A stretch of 10,925 nucleotides of DNA from Octopus sinensis. Taxonomy: Eukaryota. A model generated the notes under the pieces. That model was not told the origin of the DNA and did no database searches. It worked only from the letters and a program-made list of their open reading frames with translations. Within the stretch, counting starts at the first letter, position 1. Each line of letters starts with the position of its first letter. The position numbers and the translations under genes are program-made. The stretch lies in NCBI RefSeq assembly GCF_006345805.1, contig NW_021827254.1:1-10925 (forward strand), written 5' to 3'. Positions 1 to 8,500 of the stretch are shown here, in pieces.

Positions 1-169
1 TTAAGATAATAAGTACTTGAAATATTCATTCTGAATATGTTCAAGCAGACCCGAAATCAATATATTAATCTCTGCTACATTTTGTCTTTGGAAGCACTTC
101 CTTGCAGACGAGGTGTGTTCACAACAAAAACACAACGGTATTTTCACGTTCGAATGTGACACAATATAT

Positions 170-1795
170 TAAGAGAGAATGGCGGCGAGCTAGCAGAAAC
201 GTTAGCGCGCCGGGCGAAATGCTTAGCGGTATTTCGTCTGTCGTTACGTTCTGAGTTCAAATTCCGCCGAGGTCGACTTTGCCTTTCATCCTCTCGGGAT
301 CGATAAATAAAGTACCAGTTTCGCACTGGGGTCGATGTAATCGACTTAATCCCTTTGTCTGTCCTTGTTTGTCTCCTCTATGTTTAGCCCCTTGTGGGTA
401 GTAAAGAAATAAATATATTAAGAGAGAATAGTCAGGTCATTCTTTTGATGCTAGCTGCTTTGCATGCGTGTGATAACAAAATCATTAGATTCCTTGAAAA
501 TGTCACTAATAGTAGGGTTTAATACCTTTACTGACAAACAAAACTGTACATATAATCAGTTCGATATTATTGGTCGTTGATTTTCCCTTACGTAAGTTTC
601 TTTCTCTCAAAGCATTTGCCATCACCAACACATCTATCAGAGAGTTTAATATCAAAATAATTACGTATGCAAGCGTTTTATTTTCTTTCCTTGTTAAAAG
701 AAAGCAGAGACAAATTGTTTGATATCTACATCGATGAACACGGTGGAACTGATCTATGTGAAATATTAGAATGAGTATTTCTGTACAAATAGTTATTATT
801 TCGCTGAGTGGCCTTTATATAAACAATGGACTTTTAATCTTGCGAAGTGTAAAGTGTCCAGACTCTAGACAGATTCAGAAAATTACTTAACAAAATAGGT
901 TTAAGAATTGTTTCATACTAATCTTACAGTTAATTCTTTAAATATTACTTTAAATTTAGACACGATTAAATTATTAAAAAGCTAGTAGGAAAAATATGTT
1001 ATAAAGATCCTCATATCCCCCACCAAAAGACAAATTCTTTTACGAAATGTAATTTCTAGTATTAAAAATATTATCTCTTTATTATCCTCTCCTGGAATCA
1101 CATTTATTAGCATTTCTTATTATTGTAGTGAAGTACCGCGGAAAAACGGCTAGTCAGATAAAATTCAATGTGGTACACGACCCAATGTTCCAAAGCGTAA
1201 GAATAATACTCGAAATCGCCTTCAGTTTAAGTTCGACAACGGATGTCAAAGAATTCCTAAATTTCATTTTTTTTCACTTTCCGGTGTCATAAGTTCTGTA
1301 ATAAAAGCTCAGTTAAAGTTGGGTATTCTTGCTCTATACATTTGGTATGCTCAGTTGACTATTTCATTTCAAAAACGCTCTCCAACAGCAATGATGCAAC
1401 CTCGCTTTCTACGTGTAATTTCATTGCACCATACAATTGTCGCTTCAGCGGCAACTGTTTTTCGGAAGTTTATTGTACTGCGAGTCAATAGTACTCTGTT
1501 CAAATCTTTCACCGCATTAAGAACAAATCAAGAAACACTTTTACAAGTATTTCTGTTTATTTGAGTATCCAGAAAACGACTTTCGACAAGTTTTTTCGAA
1601 TCACATTTGGTTTTGAAAATGTTCTAATCCGGCCGTGTTAAAAATGAAATCCCCTAGAGCAAAATATACTGGTAAACATTATCCCTGTCGCTCAGTCTTT
1701 TGGTATACATTTGGAAAATTCTTCGTTTTATTTCACGAAGGGGAAACAGCAGAAAATCAAACAAAATGTTAACCTTAATTGTCAACTCGAATACC
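170..1795 (+). mobile_element. Decayed Penelope-like element (PLE): RT domain followed by GIY-YIG endonuclease region, with many stops and frameshifts; may extend further 5'
   Basis: Hand translation gives collinear PLE-type motifs: FTDKQNCTYNQFDII (527-571, cf. KQNCTFIQFDIV), LFDIYIDEHGGTDLCEIL (715-768, cf. LFDVTMGSYDGAEICELV), GLYINNGLLIL (810-842, cf. catalytic GLYRDDGL), DRFRKLLNKIGLRI (868-909), TNLTVNSLNITLNL (917-958, cf. NLKTVNFLDVTLNL), IKNIISLLSS...KNG*SDKIQ (~1060-1170), KEFLNFIFFHFP (1248-1283), NKSSVKVGYSC (1300-1332), TCN..YNC..SGNC (~1411-1458), SNHIW (1596-1610), GKFFVLFH (1713-1736). Consensus motifs are from memory, not a search. Confidence 0.85.
181..411 (+). mobile_element. 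tRNA-derived SINE (octopus-type; central domain resembles the Meta/Sauria-type GCCTTTCATCC..GATAAA..AGTACCAG), inserted into the PLE RT
   Basis: Pol III B-box GTTCAAATTCC at 255-265; perfect 18-bp target-site duplication AATATATTAAGAGAGAAT at 163-180 and 412-429. Removing the insertion restores an open reading LRENSQVIL (cf. PLE ISKVIL). Confidence 0.9.
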
Positions 1796-1796
1796 G

Positions 1797-2420
1797 TTTC
1801 ACCGCATACCACATTCCTAGATACTAGAAATATTCTGTATAAATAAACAGCTCCAAAACGAGACGATACATTAACCATACCAAGTCAAATTGGAATACAA
1901 CAATCTCATTACAAGGCAAAGAAAAGGTAACCAAAGCAGCCCTGTACTCAGAAGAAGAATCTTTCACGCAACTCATTATCCTGTATACTCTGTTGCCTAG
2001 CTCCGACTCGATTTATAAATTCGTTGAACGTAAGCATGATTGACTATGGATACCATCAGTAAACTATAAACTATCTCTTGAATATGGATGACCGAAAAGT
2101 ATTTACAAACGGTGATACCCGGCTGGAAAAGTTATTATGAATATTCAGAAATTCAGAAAAGATATAAAATAATGATGAATACGAGATTAGATAAATGTAC
2201 CAAAACGATTATAAGAAAAGATAAATTATCTAAAATTCAGAATATTATATTAAATACAGACACTGAACTAAGAGAATTAGAGCAGACCTACCAATACTTA
2301 GCCGTAGAAATTTAGAATATTTTAAATACAGTTGCAGAAATGAGAAACGAAATTAGAAAAACCTCTACAGAAGTCTCTGACTAATATTAAAAGTTAATCC
2401 CATTGCTAAAAATAAGGTCA
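1797..2420 (+). mobile_element. Decayed non-LTR retrotransposon RT fragment, Dong/R4 (REL-endonuclease) type
   Basis: FHRIPHS*ILEIF (1797-1835, cf. FDSIPHSWIL), NWNTTISL, RRIFH/NSLSCIL (cf. RGIFQGDSLSPLL), DYGYHQ*TINYLLNMDD (2042-2092, cf. GYGY..INHLFYMDD), RLDKCTKTIIRKDKL...RELEQTYQYLAV (ORF 2088-2315, cf. FGLDKCAK..KRGKL...ELEQ..TYKYLG), LILKVNPIAKNKV at the 3' end. Ends at a (CA)n/(TA)n tract. Confidence 0.85.
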
Positions 2421-2441
2421 GACACACACACACACACACAC

Positions 2442-2492
<51 letters not shown>

Positions 2493-2518
2493 TTATGTTT
2501 GTGTATGTGTGTGTGTGC
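2420..2518. repeat. Compound microsatellite (CA)n-(TA)n-(TG)n
   Basis: Directly visible dinucleotide runs. Confidence 0.95.
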
Positions 2519-2519
2519 A

Positions 2520-2975
2520 AACGCTATCCAACTCAATTGCAACTTCATGAAATACTTCAAGACCAAACAAGGAAACTACTAACAGAGATCTGGAGCTACT
2601 GTCAATATTGATAAAAGTAAAACAAAAATATCTACTCCGCGCACATTTTGCAACAAGATCGAGTTGATGTCTTTGCCATTGACCCTGGCTGTCACCAATG
2701 TGTTTCGCTGGTTTGTACAAAAGTACAAATCTATTGGTTGATGTTTGATGCATTGCCTCTATCTAACATTGCTATTAACCCCCGTCTTGAATTGCTAAGC
2801 AGACAGTACCGTGTTCTGTTCTTCTTTCGAGCAGTGGATAAGATGCTGGTCCACGAAGGCCAGAACTTTCTGCAATTCATTACACCAAACTCAAGAGCAA
2901 AGAAACTGGGGTACTACAATATCTGTTAGGATACGTTTGCCACATTAAGTAGGTGTTGGATCGTCGTCTACCACA
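2520..2975 (-). mobile_element. Decayed DDE integrase (rve) N-terminal fragment, Ginger/gypsy-integrase-like
   Basis: The minus strand reads GKRIL (2941-2927), then WQRHQLDLV (RHQLDLV = 2672-2652; cf. HQIDLVDM containing the first catalytic Asp), LSIL/DSSSRSLLVVSL (cf. LSVIDVFSRF.WL.PL) and HEVAIEL (cf. EVA..L). Frameshifted, and bounded by microsatellites on both sides. Confidence 0.5.
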
Positions 2976-3296
2976 AATATATATATATTTTTAAGATGTT
3001 AACATGTGAACTGGGGGTGCTTTCTCTGATATATCTAGAAAGTCTAACTAATATGTACCGGGTGTCTTATTGACTTGGAATGGCTTGTGTGGTGGCTGAC
3101 ATTCATGTGCAACACAAATATGTATTACTTCTCGGCAGACAGTCAGTGTGGTTTCGAAGTAGACTAGCACGAAAAAAATTTAATTCAGTGTTTATTTCCT
3201 CACCATTCGGAAAGCGTAATTTTGGACATTATATATAATCATACATATACTTACATACATATATGTAAGTGTGTGTGTATGCATATATACATGTAT

Positions 3297-3448
3297 TTTT
3301 TTCTCTCCTTGTTTCTCTCTGTGTTCCTTTCTGTGGAAGGGCGTAGGCTCGAAACGTTAAAGACTTTTTTAATTCTCGAGCGTTATGCTAATACATCTGG
3401 GGGGTTTTCTGCGCCACCTGACTTCGTCTTTTTTCGTGAATTCTCCCT
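3297..3448 (+). mobile_element. Penelope-type terminal repeat (pLTR-like) fragment
   Basis: Homologous to the reverse complement of 9654-9800: shared GAGCGTTA..CTAATACATCTG, CTTCGTCTTTT and GAATT.TCCCTA blocks, plus the hammerhead-like cassette. Confidence 0.75.
3327..3362 (+). ncRNA. Minimal type-I hammerhead-ribozyme-like motif (variant core CUGUGGA)
   Basis: CUUU-CUGUGGA-A-GGGC(GUAG)GCUC-GAAAC-GU-U-AAAG: stem I CUUU/AAAG, 4-bp stem II, GAAA, and a palindromic ACGU helix III. The A6 position is U. Activity is not demonstrated. Confidence 0.55.
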
Positions 3449-3544
3449 AGGCTATAGTAGAAGACACTTGTCCAAGGTGCCACGCAGTGGGACTGAACCC
3501 GGAACCATGTGGTTCGTAAGCAACCTACTTACCACACAGCCACT
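3449..3544 (-). mobile_element. Truncated copy of the tRNA/CORE-like SINE head (same family as 3794-3992)
   Basis: Its reverse complement matches 3802-3897 at 92/96 nt. Confidence 0.9.
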
Positions 3545-3550
3545 ATGTAA

Positions 3551-3763
3551 AGCTTCACTGAATATATACTGGCAAAGTTGTGTGCGGGCAACGAATATAA
3601 AAAATTTTCGTAAGAACACCCGATAGATGAGCATCATTGAATGGAGAATCTAGTACTCGAGTTTCGAATTTACTAATTCGCTGTTCTTACTAGAGGTAAG
3701 ACGAAATTTCTTTTTATATTCGTTGCCCGCAAACATCTTTGACAATATATATTCATTGAAGCT
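3551..3763. mobile_element. Small foldback/MITE-like element with long imperfect terminal inverted repeats
   Basis: 3551-3611 (AGCTTCACTGAATATATA..GCGGGCAACGAATATAAAAA..TTTCGT) is the imperfect reverse complement of 3701-3763. GTAAGAAC (3610-3617) also pairs with GTTCTTAC (3683-3690). No coding capacity; no clear TSD. Confidence 0.65.
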
Positions 3764-3793
3764 GTTATCGAATGCTATTTCCAGCAAACATTA

Positions 3794-3958
3794 GGCGCAG
3801 GAGTGGCTGTGTGGTAAGTAGCTTGCTTACCAACCACATGGTTCCGGGTTCAGTCCCACTGTGTGGCACCTTGGGCAAGTGTCTTCTACTATAGCCTCGG
3901 GCCGACCAAAGCCTTGTAAGTGGATTTGGTAGATGGAAACTGAAAGAAGCCTGTCGTA

Positions 3959-3992
<34 letters not shown>
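3794..3992 (+). mobile_element. tRNA-derived SINE, 5' half (tRNA head + CORE-like domain) ending in its (TA)n tract
   Basis: A-box TGGCTGTGTGGT (3804-3815), B-box GGTTCAGTCCC (3847-3857), CORE-like CACCTTGGGCAAGTGTCTT, then (TA)n. Confidence 0.85.
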
Positions 3993-3995
<3 letters not shown>

Positions 3996-5652
3996 TAGCA
4001 GTATCGCCCGGCGTTGCTCGGGTTTGTTTCGACCCGCTGGAATTGTAATTTTGAAAAGTAAAAATTTTGTGAACATTTTTCTGGTCGAAATACACCGAAA
4101 AGTGGCGACACAGCAATGAAAAAATCGTAAAAAATAGGGATTTTCATAGAAAAAGCATCTTTTTGATGTAAAAATTTTTCGTGTTAACATGGTCCGATTT
4201 GAATTTTATGTTCTACGGAAGGAAGAGCAACCCTTCTTCTACCATACTCTCAATTTTGGTCAACTTGCGCCGCAGGGTCTCGAGGAGATAGTGTTAGTTG
4301 AAGGTTACCATTCTAGGTGCCTGAGTAACAACCTCGCGGATTTACAGATAAATGAATTATTACTATTTTACAGAATAAAATTAAATAATTCTTGAAAATT
4401 AATTAATATTAATATTTTTTTAACAAAGTAAATAATTTTTAAAACTTAAATAATAATTTTTTTTACACAACAACGCGAACGGGGAAACGGGGTGGCGAAT
4501 TCGATTTACATACCTAAATTTTTTCTTTTTCATGACATTGTAGCAAAATAGTAGTGAATTATATAAATACCAGCAGTACATTTTTTTTTCTCTGGGTATT
4601 TTTTTTCAACCTCGTCACATATTTGCCCCTTTCAATTTAAACAAAGTCTTAATTAAGCAATTACGGCAGCTTAGCAATGTTTTCAATACAGGCGTGACAT
4701 GTGTATCTCAATTGTTCAAAACCCTTCGAATTTGTTCGCACGTGATGATATCATAGTGAAAACTTTCAATTACGCGCGCTTAGAAGTACGCTCGCAAATT
4801 AAACTACCAAAGTTCGCGCTCCGCTTGTGTGTGTGTGGGTGTGCGTGCTTTAGGTGTACGTAGGTATGTGTTTTTGTGTGTGTGTGTCACTGAAGCCATA
4901 CATACATATATACATACATAACCTCTCTCTCTCTTTTCTCTCTCAGTCACTCACTACAAAAAGTGAATAAAAAAAGTTCAATTATTTCTGTCTTTCACTC
5001 TGTCTGTCTCTTTAAACACCACTAACAAAACACTTCACTTACACACCACACTTTCTGTGTCGCACAACCCATCAACACACACACACCACACACACACACA
5101 CACTCACGCACGCACACATGTACATCAATGCTTTCGGAGTGAAATGTTAAAATATTGAGTTTTCTCGAATTTGTCTTAATTGGGGGTGAAATTGAAAGAA
5201 ATATATTATGGCATGACCGAATGGAGTACCTTGAAAAATCTTAGGTAAACTCTAATTGAAGAAATTGTGTGAGGAGTAAATCGTTATGTATTTATTTGTT
5301 TCTGTTTGCTGTGTTTTTTTATTTTTTGAGTAGTGGTTTAATACTTTCAGTTTAGTCTTCCTCAAATCACTCTGTCGCTATTTACTTTCATTTTATTCGT
5401 TGCACACTGTGTGTGTGCGTGTGCGTGTGGTGTAAACCACATTAAGAAAAGCATTTGACATACACACCAGAATGTGAGTTTTCTGTAAATTTTGCTTAAT
5501 TGGAGTTTAAATTTTAAAAACTGGACCTGGCATGACCCGATGCATTCTACTCTTAAAAATGCTAGGTAAATTGTAATTGAAGAAATCCTATATTGTAGAT
5601 GTCTATAAGTTACAAAGGGAGGCAGATAAAATCTGCCTTTTATAATAAGAGA
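3993..5652 (+). mobile_element. Putative non-autonomous Helitron-like (rolling-circle) element or composite inserted in the SINE microsatellite
   Basis: The 5' end TTAGCAGTATCG is followed by a GC-rich hairpin CCCGGC-GTT-GC(T)CGGG (4007-4022). The 3' end has a perfect 8-bp stem AGGCAGAT-AAA-ATCTGCCT (5620-5638), 14 nt before a ...AAGAGAT terminus. No TSD; the flanks are the two halves of a SINE. The interior may include further nested pieces. Confidence 0.5.
5156..5586 (+). repeat. Diverged direct repeat of ~110 bp (5156-5265 and 5475-5586)
   Basis: Shared blocks TGAGTTTTCT, CTTAATTGG, TGGCATGACC, AAAAAT, TAGGTAAA and TAATTGAAGAAAT occur in the same order and spacing. Confidence 0.75.
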
Positions 5653-5879
5653 TGTGTGTGTTTGTGTGTCTGTGTTTGTCCCCCTAGTATTGCTTGACAA
5701 CCGATGCTGGTGTGTTTATGTCCCCGTTACTTAGCGGTTCGGCAAATGAGACCGATAGAATAAGTACTGGGCTTACAAAAGAATAAGTCCCGGGGTCGTG
5801 TTGCTCGATTAAAGGCGGTGCTCCAGCATGGCCGCAGTCAAATGACTGAAACAAGTAAAAGAGTAAAAGAGTAAAGAGT
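5653..5879 (+). mobile_element. SINE 3' half (TG tract, central domain, RTE-LINE-like tail)
   Basis: (TG)n-TGTTTGTCCCC...CGATAGAATAAGTACT...GCTCCAGCATGGCCGCAGTCAAATGACTGAAACAAG followed by a (TAAAAGAG)n tail. From memory, this is the usual downstream half of the octopus SINE whose 5' half is at 3794. Confidence 0.75.
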
Positions 5880-5999
5880 TTAGTGCTATGTTGTACCACT
5901 ATTTTATATTTGAAATTCTACCTTTACAGTGCTTTATTTAGCTGGAAAATAATACTAATGTATTCCAATAATATTTTAAATTTTTATGTAACTACATGT

Positions 6000-6135
6000 G
6001 GATTGTTGGGTATTTTCTCCTCCCTCTTCCTTTTCTCTTGCACTTTCCTCTCTCTCCTGTTTCTGGAGAATAGCTTGATCGAAACATATAACACCCTTTC
6101 TTTCCTACCCTGAGCGTCTTATTAATGCTTTTCAG
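6000..6135 (+). mobile_element. Decayed Penelope-type terminal repeat with a degenerate hammerhead-like cassette
   Basis: A pyrimidine tract precedes CTGGAGA-A-TAGCTTGATC-GAAAC-AT (6063-6087), with downstream CCTGAGCGT as in the copies at 3297 and 9654. Stem II and helix III are broken. Confidence 0.45.
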
Positions 6136-6189
6136 ATTTTTACAGTTCCAGTGATGGATTGGATCTCAGTCTTCGATTGGTTTTCTCCT

Positions 6190-6330
6190 TTCTGGTTTTT
6201 GAGAAGCCAAATTCCTCAAGGTTGTTATTAAGGCAGTGGGTTATGCATCCCAGGGCCCCAATAATTACAGGTATAATTACAGGTATGTATGTCTCTTCAC
6301 TTTTATAATTATTATAAATCTTCCACTTAG
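6190..6330 (-). mobile_element. Dong/R4-type non-LTR element, C-terminal (post-REL endonuclease) fragment
   Basis: Minus-strand WKIYNNYKSEETYIPVIIPVIIGALGCITHCLNNNLEEFG resembles the typical W..K...IPVIIGALG.I...L...LE.LG end; contains an in-frame 12-bp tandem duplication (6261-6284). Confidence 0.75.
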
Positions 6331-6443
6331 GAGGGATGTATGTATGCATGTGTATGTGTGCGTGTGTGTGTGTGTCCACATATATTTGTATGTATGCATA
6401 TGTGTATGTGTGTTTGTATATATGAATGTAAGTGTGTATGCGT

Positions 6444-6685
6444 GGAGGTGCGTGGCTTATTGGTTAGGGTGTCAGCACCATGATTGTAGTTTCGATTCTT
6501 GCACCTGGCGACGCGCTGTGTTCTTGAGCAAAACACTTCATTTCACGTTGCTCCAGTCCGCTCAGCTGGCAAAAATGAGTAACGCTGCGATGAACTGGCG
6601 TCCCGCCCAGCTGAGGAACACATACGCCATAGAAACCGAGAAACTGGGCCCATGAGCCTGGCTAGGTTTTAAAAGGGTGCATTTA
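6444..6685 (+). mobile_element. tRNA-derived CORE-type SINE (third family in the window)
   Basis: A-box TGGCTTATTGG, B-box GTTTCGATTCT (6489-6499), CORE-like TGTGTTCTTGAGCAAAACACTT...GCTCCAGTCC..AAAAATGAGT. Confidence 0.75.
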
Positions 6686-7359
6686 TTTATTTTTTTAATT
6701 TGCATACATGTATTCATGCATGCATATATGCACGTATGTTCTTCGAGATTTATTCAAGTTTTCACTGCACGGATTTTCAAGCGGGTTACTGACAAAGTGA
6801 CAGAGTTAACTGTTTGTCTCCAGAAGGTTCCTAAGATTTCTGAATACGTCAATGAGTGCATTTCTGCTGGAATATGCCTTACTAACATTGCACTCATTTA
6901 ATGAGTAATGAAAGTCCTATCAGTACACAACTGTATTTCATTATGCCTGCATGTACGCAAGTGTAATATTTATTTGCATGCATGTATATATATGTGTGTG
7001 CGTTTGTACGTATATATATAGAGAGACACACATATACGTGTGTGTTCAAGTCTATGTATGTACGTACGTACGTGTGTATGCATGCATGCACGTGTGTAGG
7101 TGCAGTTGTATCTTTGTGCGGAATGTGACGTCCGTTGTGAGTCAGTCTTAACGTTGATGTTTAGTGAGACATTATCAAGGATATTTATGACAAATGTGAG
7201 ATATCAGTGTCCCCAGGTCGAGATGGGATTGCTTGCCACTGCTGGCAAAATTGATAATGTTTGCAAAGCTTCTCATCAGAAATCACAATTATCTCTATTT
7301 CAGAGATGATGATGGGGATTCCATACAGCCTGAGCTTTATAGTGGTTATTTATTACACA

Positions 7360-7531
7360 TACATGCACACGCAAACCACACACATACACTCAGATATGTG
7401 AATGTATATATGTATACGCGTATATGAGTGTGTACTTGTGTGCATGCATGTGCTTATATATATATATAAAGATATATATACATACATACATGCATACATA
7501 CATACATATATAATATATATTTAAATATATA

Positions 7532-7576
<45 letters not shown>

Positions 7577-7577
7577 G

Positions 7578-7671
<94 letters not shown>

Positions 7672-7890
7672 CATGTATATATGTATTATATTCGTAAGCA
7701 TGCAGTGCGGATAGGTGGTACCTACGTACATGCATGTAAATATATACGGGTATAGCGTACATACATACCCATACGTACGAACATGAATATATACGCCAGT
7801 ATATGCACGCCTGCATAGATGTGTATACATGCATTCATATACATATAGACACACAGACATATATACACATAAATACATTCATAAATATAA
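7360..7890. repeat. Long compound microsatellite region with a near-pure (TA)n core at ~7505-7690
   Basis: Directly visible; it explains the low-complexity ORFs in the track. Confidence 0.95.
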
Positions 7891-8098
7891 GCGCAGGTGT
7901 TACCGTTGATATTAAGGTGACTCATGGTGGTAGTGCTGATACCGATGATAATACTGGATTCCTTTAGCTTATTGTGAATTAAAAATAGGGGCACATACTG
8001 ACATATACAGTATTATTGGATTACCACTGAACGCTACATATTCCTTGTTGTTTTATATCAAATACAATGAACGTTGCATTAAATTCATTTTATACCAG

Positions 8099-8167
8099 AA
8101 AAAACCTCCGGTGGGAATTGCTTTCCTGTGTAGAAATAGCTCTTTCTCAAATAATATTTTCATAAAT
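8099..8167 (+). CDS. Weak candidate 69-nt phase-0 internal exon (KKPPVGIAFLCRNSSFSNNIFIN), product unknown
   Basis: Acceptor TTCATTTTATACCAG| and donor |GTAAGT; length divisible by 3; only the phase-0 frame is open. No recognisable homology. Confidence 0.3.
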
Positions 8168-8344
8168 GTAAGTCTGCTGATGAAATCCCTGTCAAATTGA
8201 GTCAGATGTGCTATTAGTGTAAGTTCTAGAATATTCAAATAGATCATATATAGTTACATAACGTGGCATTGTCATGAGGTGTAGCTGGGCAAAAGAGACA
8301 CAACACCAGAACGCAACTGATGTATTTCTCATCATCATCGTTGT

Positions 8345-8500
8345 TGTCAGTCACCAGATCAGCCCTGCTCCAGCAAGCTTATAATCAATGATGTTCCAAC
8401 TGTGACCGTTTCCATATTGTATTTCAAATATTGAACATCCGGTCCTTTTCTTTTTTATATGAATATAGAGAGTGATAGGAGGGAGATTTGGTTCATAATG
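8345..8500 (+). repeat. Old degenerate interspersed repeat (octopus-type), class uncertain
   Basis: The blocks CCAGCAAGCTTATAATCAATGATGTTCCAACTGTGACC and GAGGGAGATTTGG resemble a common octopus repeat recalled from memory; not verified. Confidence 0.3.

Noticed and set aside
3222-4395. ORFs 3222-3626, 3452-3637, 3765-4190, 3889-4116 and 4189-4395
   Set aside because: They run across terminal-repeat, SINE, microsatellite and Helitron-like boundaries, so they are chance open frames; their shared peptide reflects the inverted SINE pair.
4500-5285. Possible inverted repeat between 4500-4700 and 5140-5285
   Set aside because: Only short AT-rich words (CGATTTAC, CTTTCAATTT, AATTAAG) match, and their spacing is inconsistent.
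181-6520. tRNA-like A/B boxes at 181, 3794 and 6444 as tRNA genes
   Set aside because: No complete cloverleaf is evident, and each continues into SINE body sequence.
7304-7345. Acceptor-like TCTCTATTTCAG followed by DDDGDSIQPELYSG
   Set aside because: No convincing donor site and no recognisable homology.
6236-7994. Cluster of 60-140 aa ORFs rich in Y/I/H/T/V/C
   Set aside because: They arise from (TA)n/(TG)n/(CA)n microsatellites and SINE sequence.
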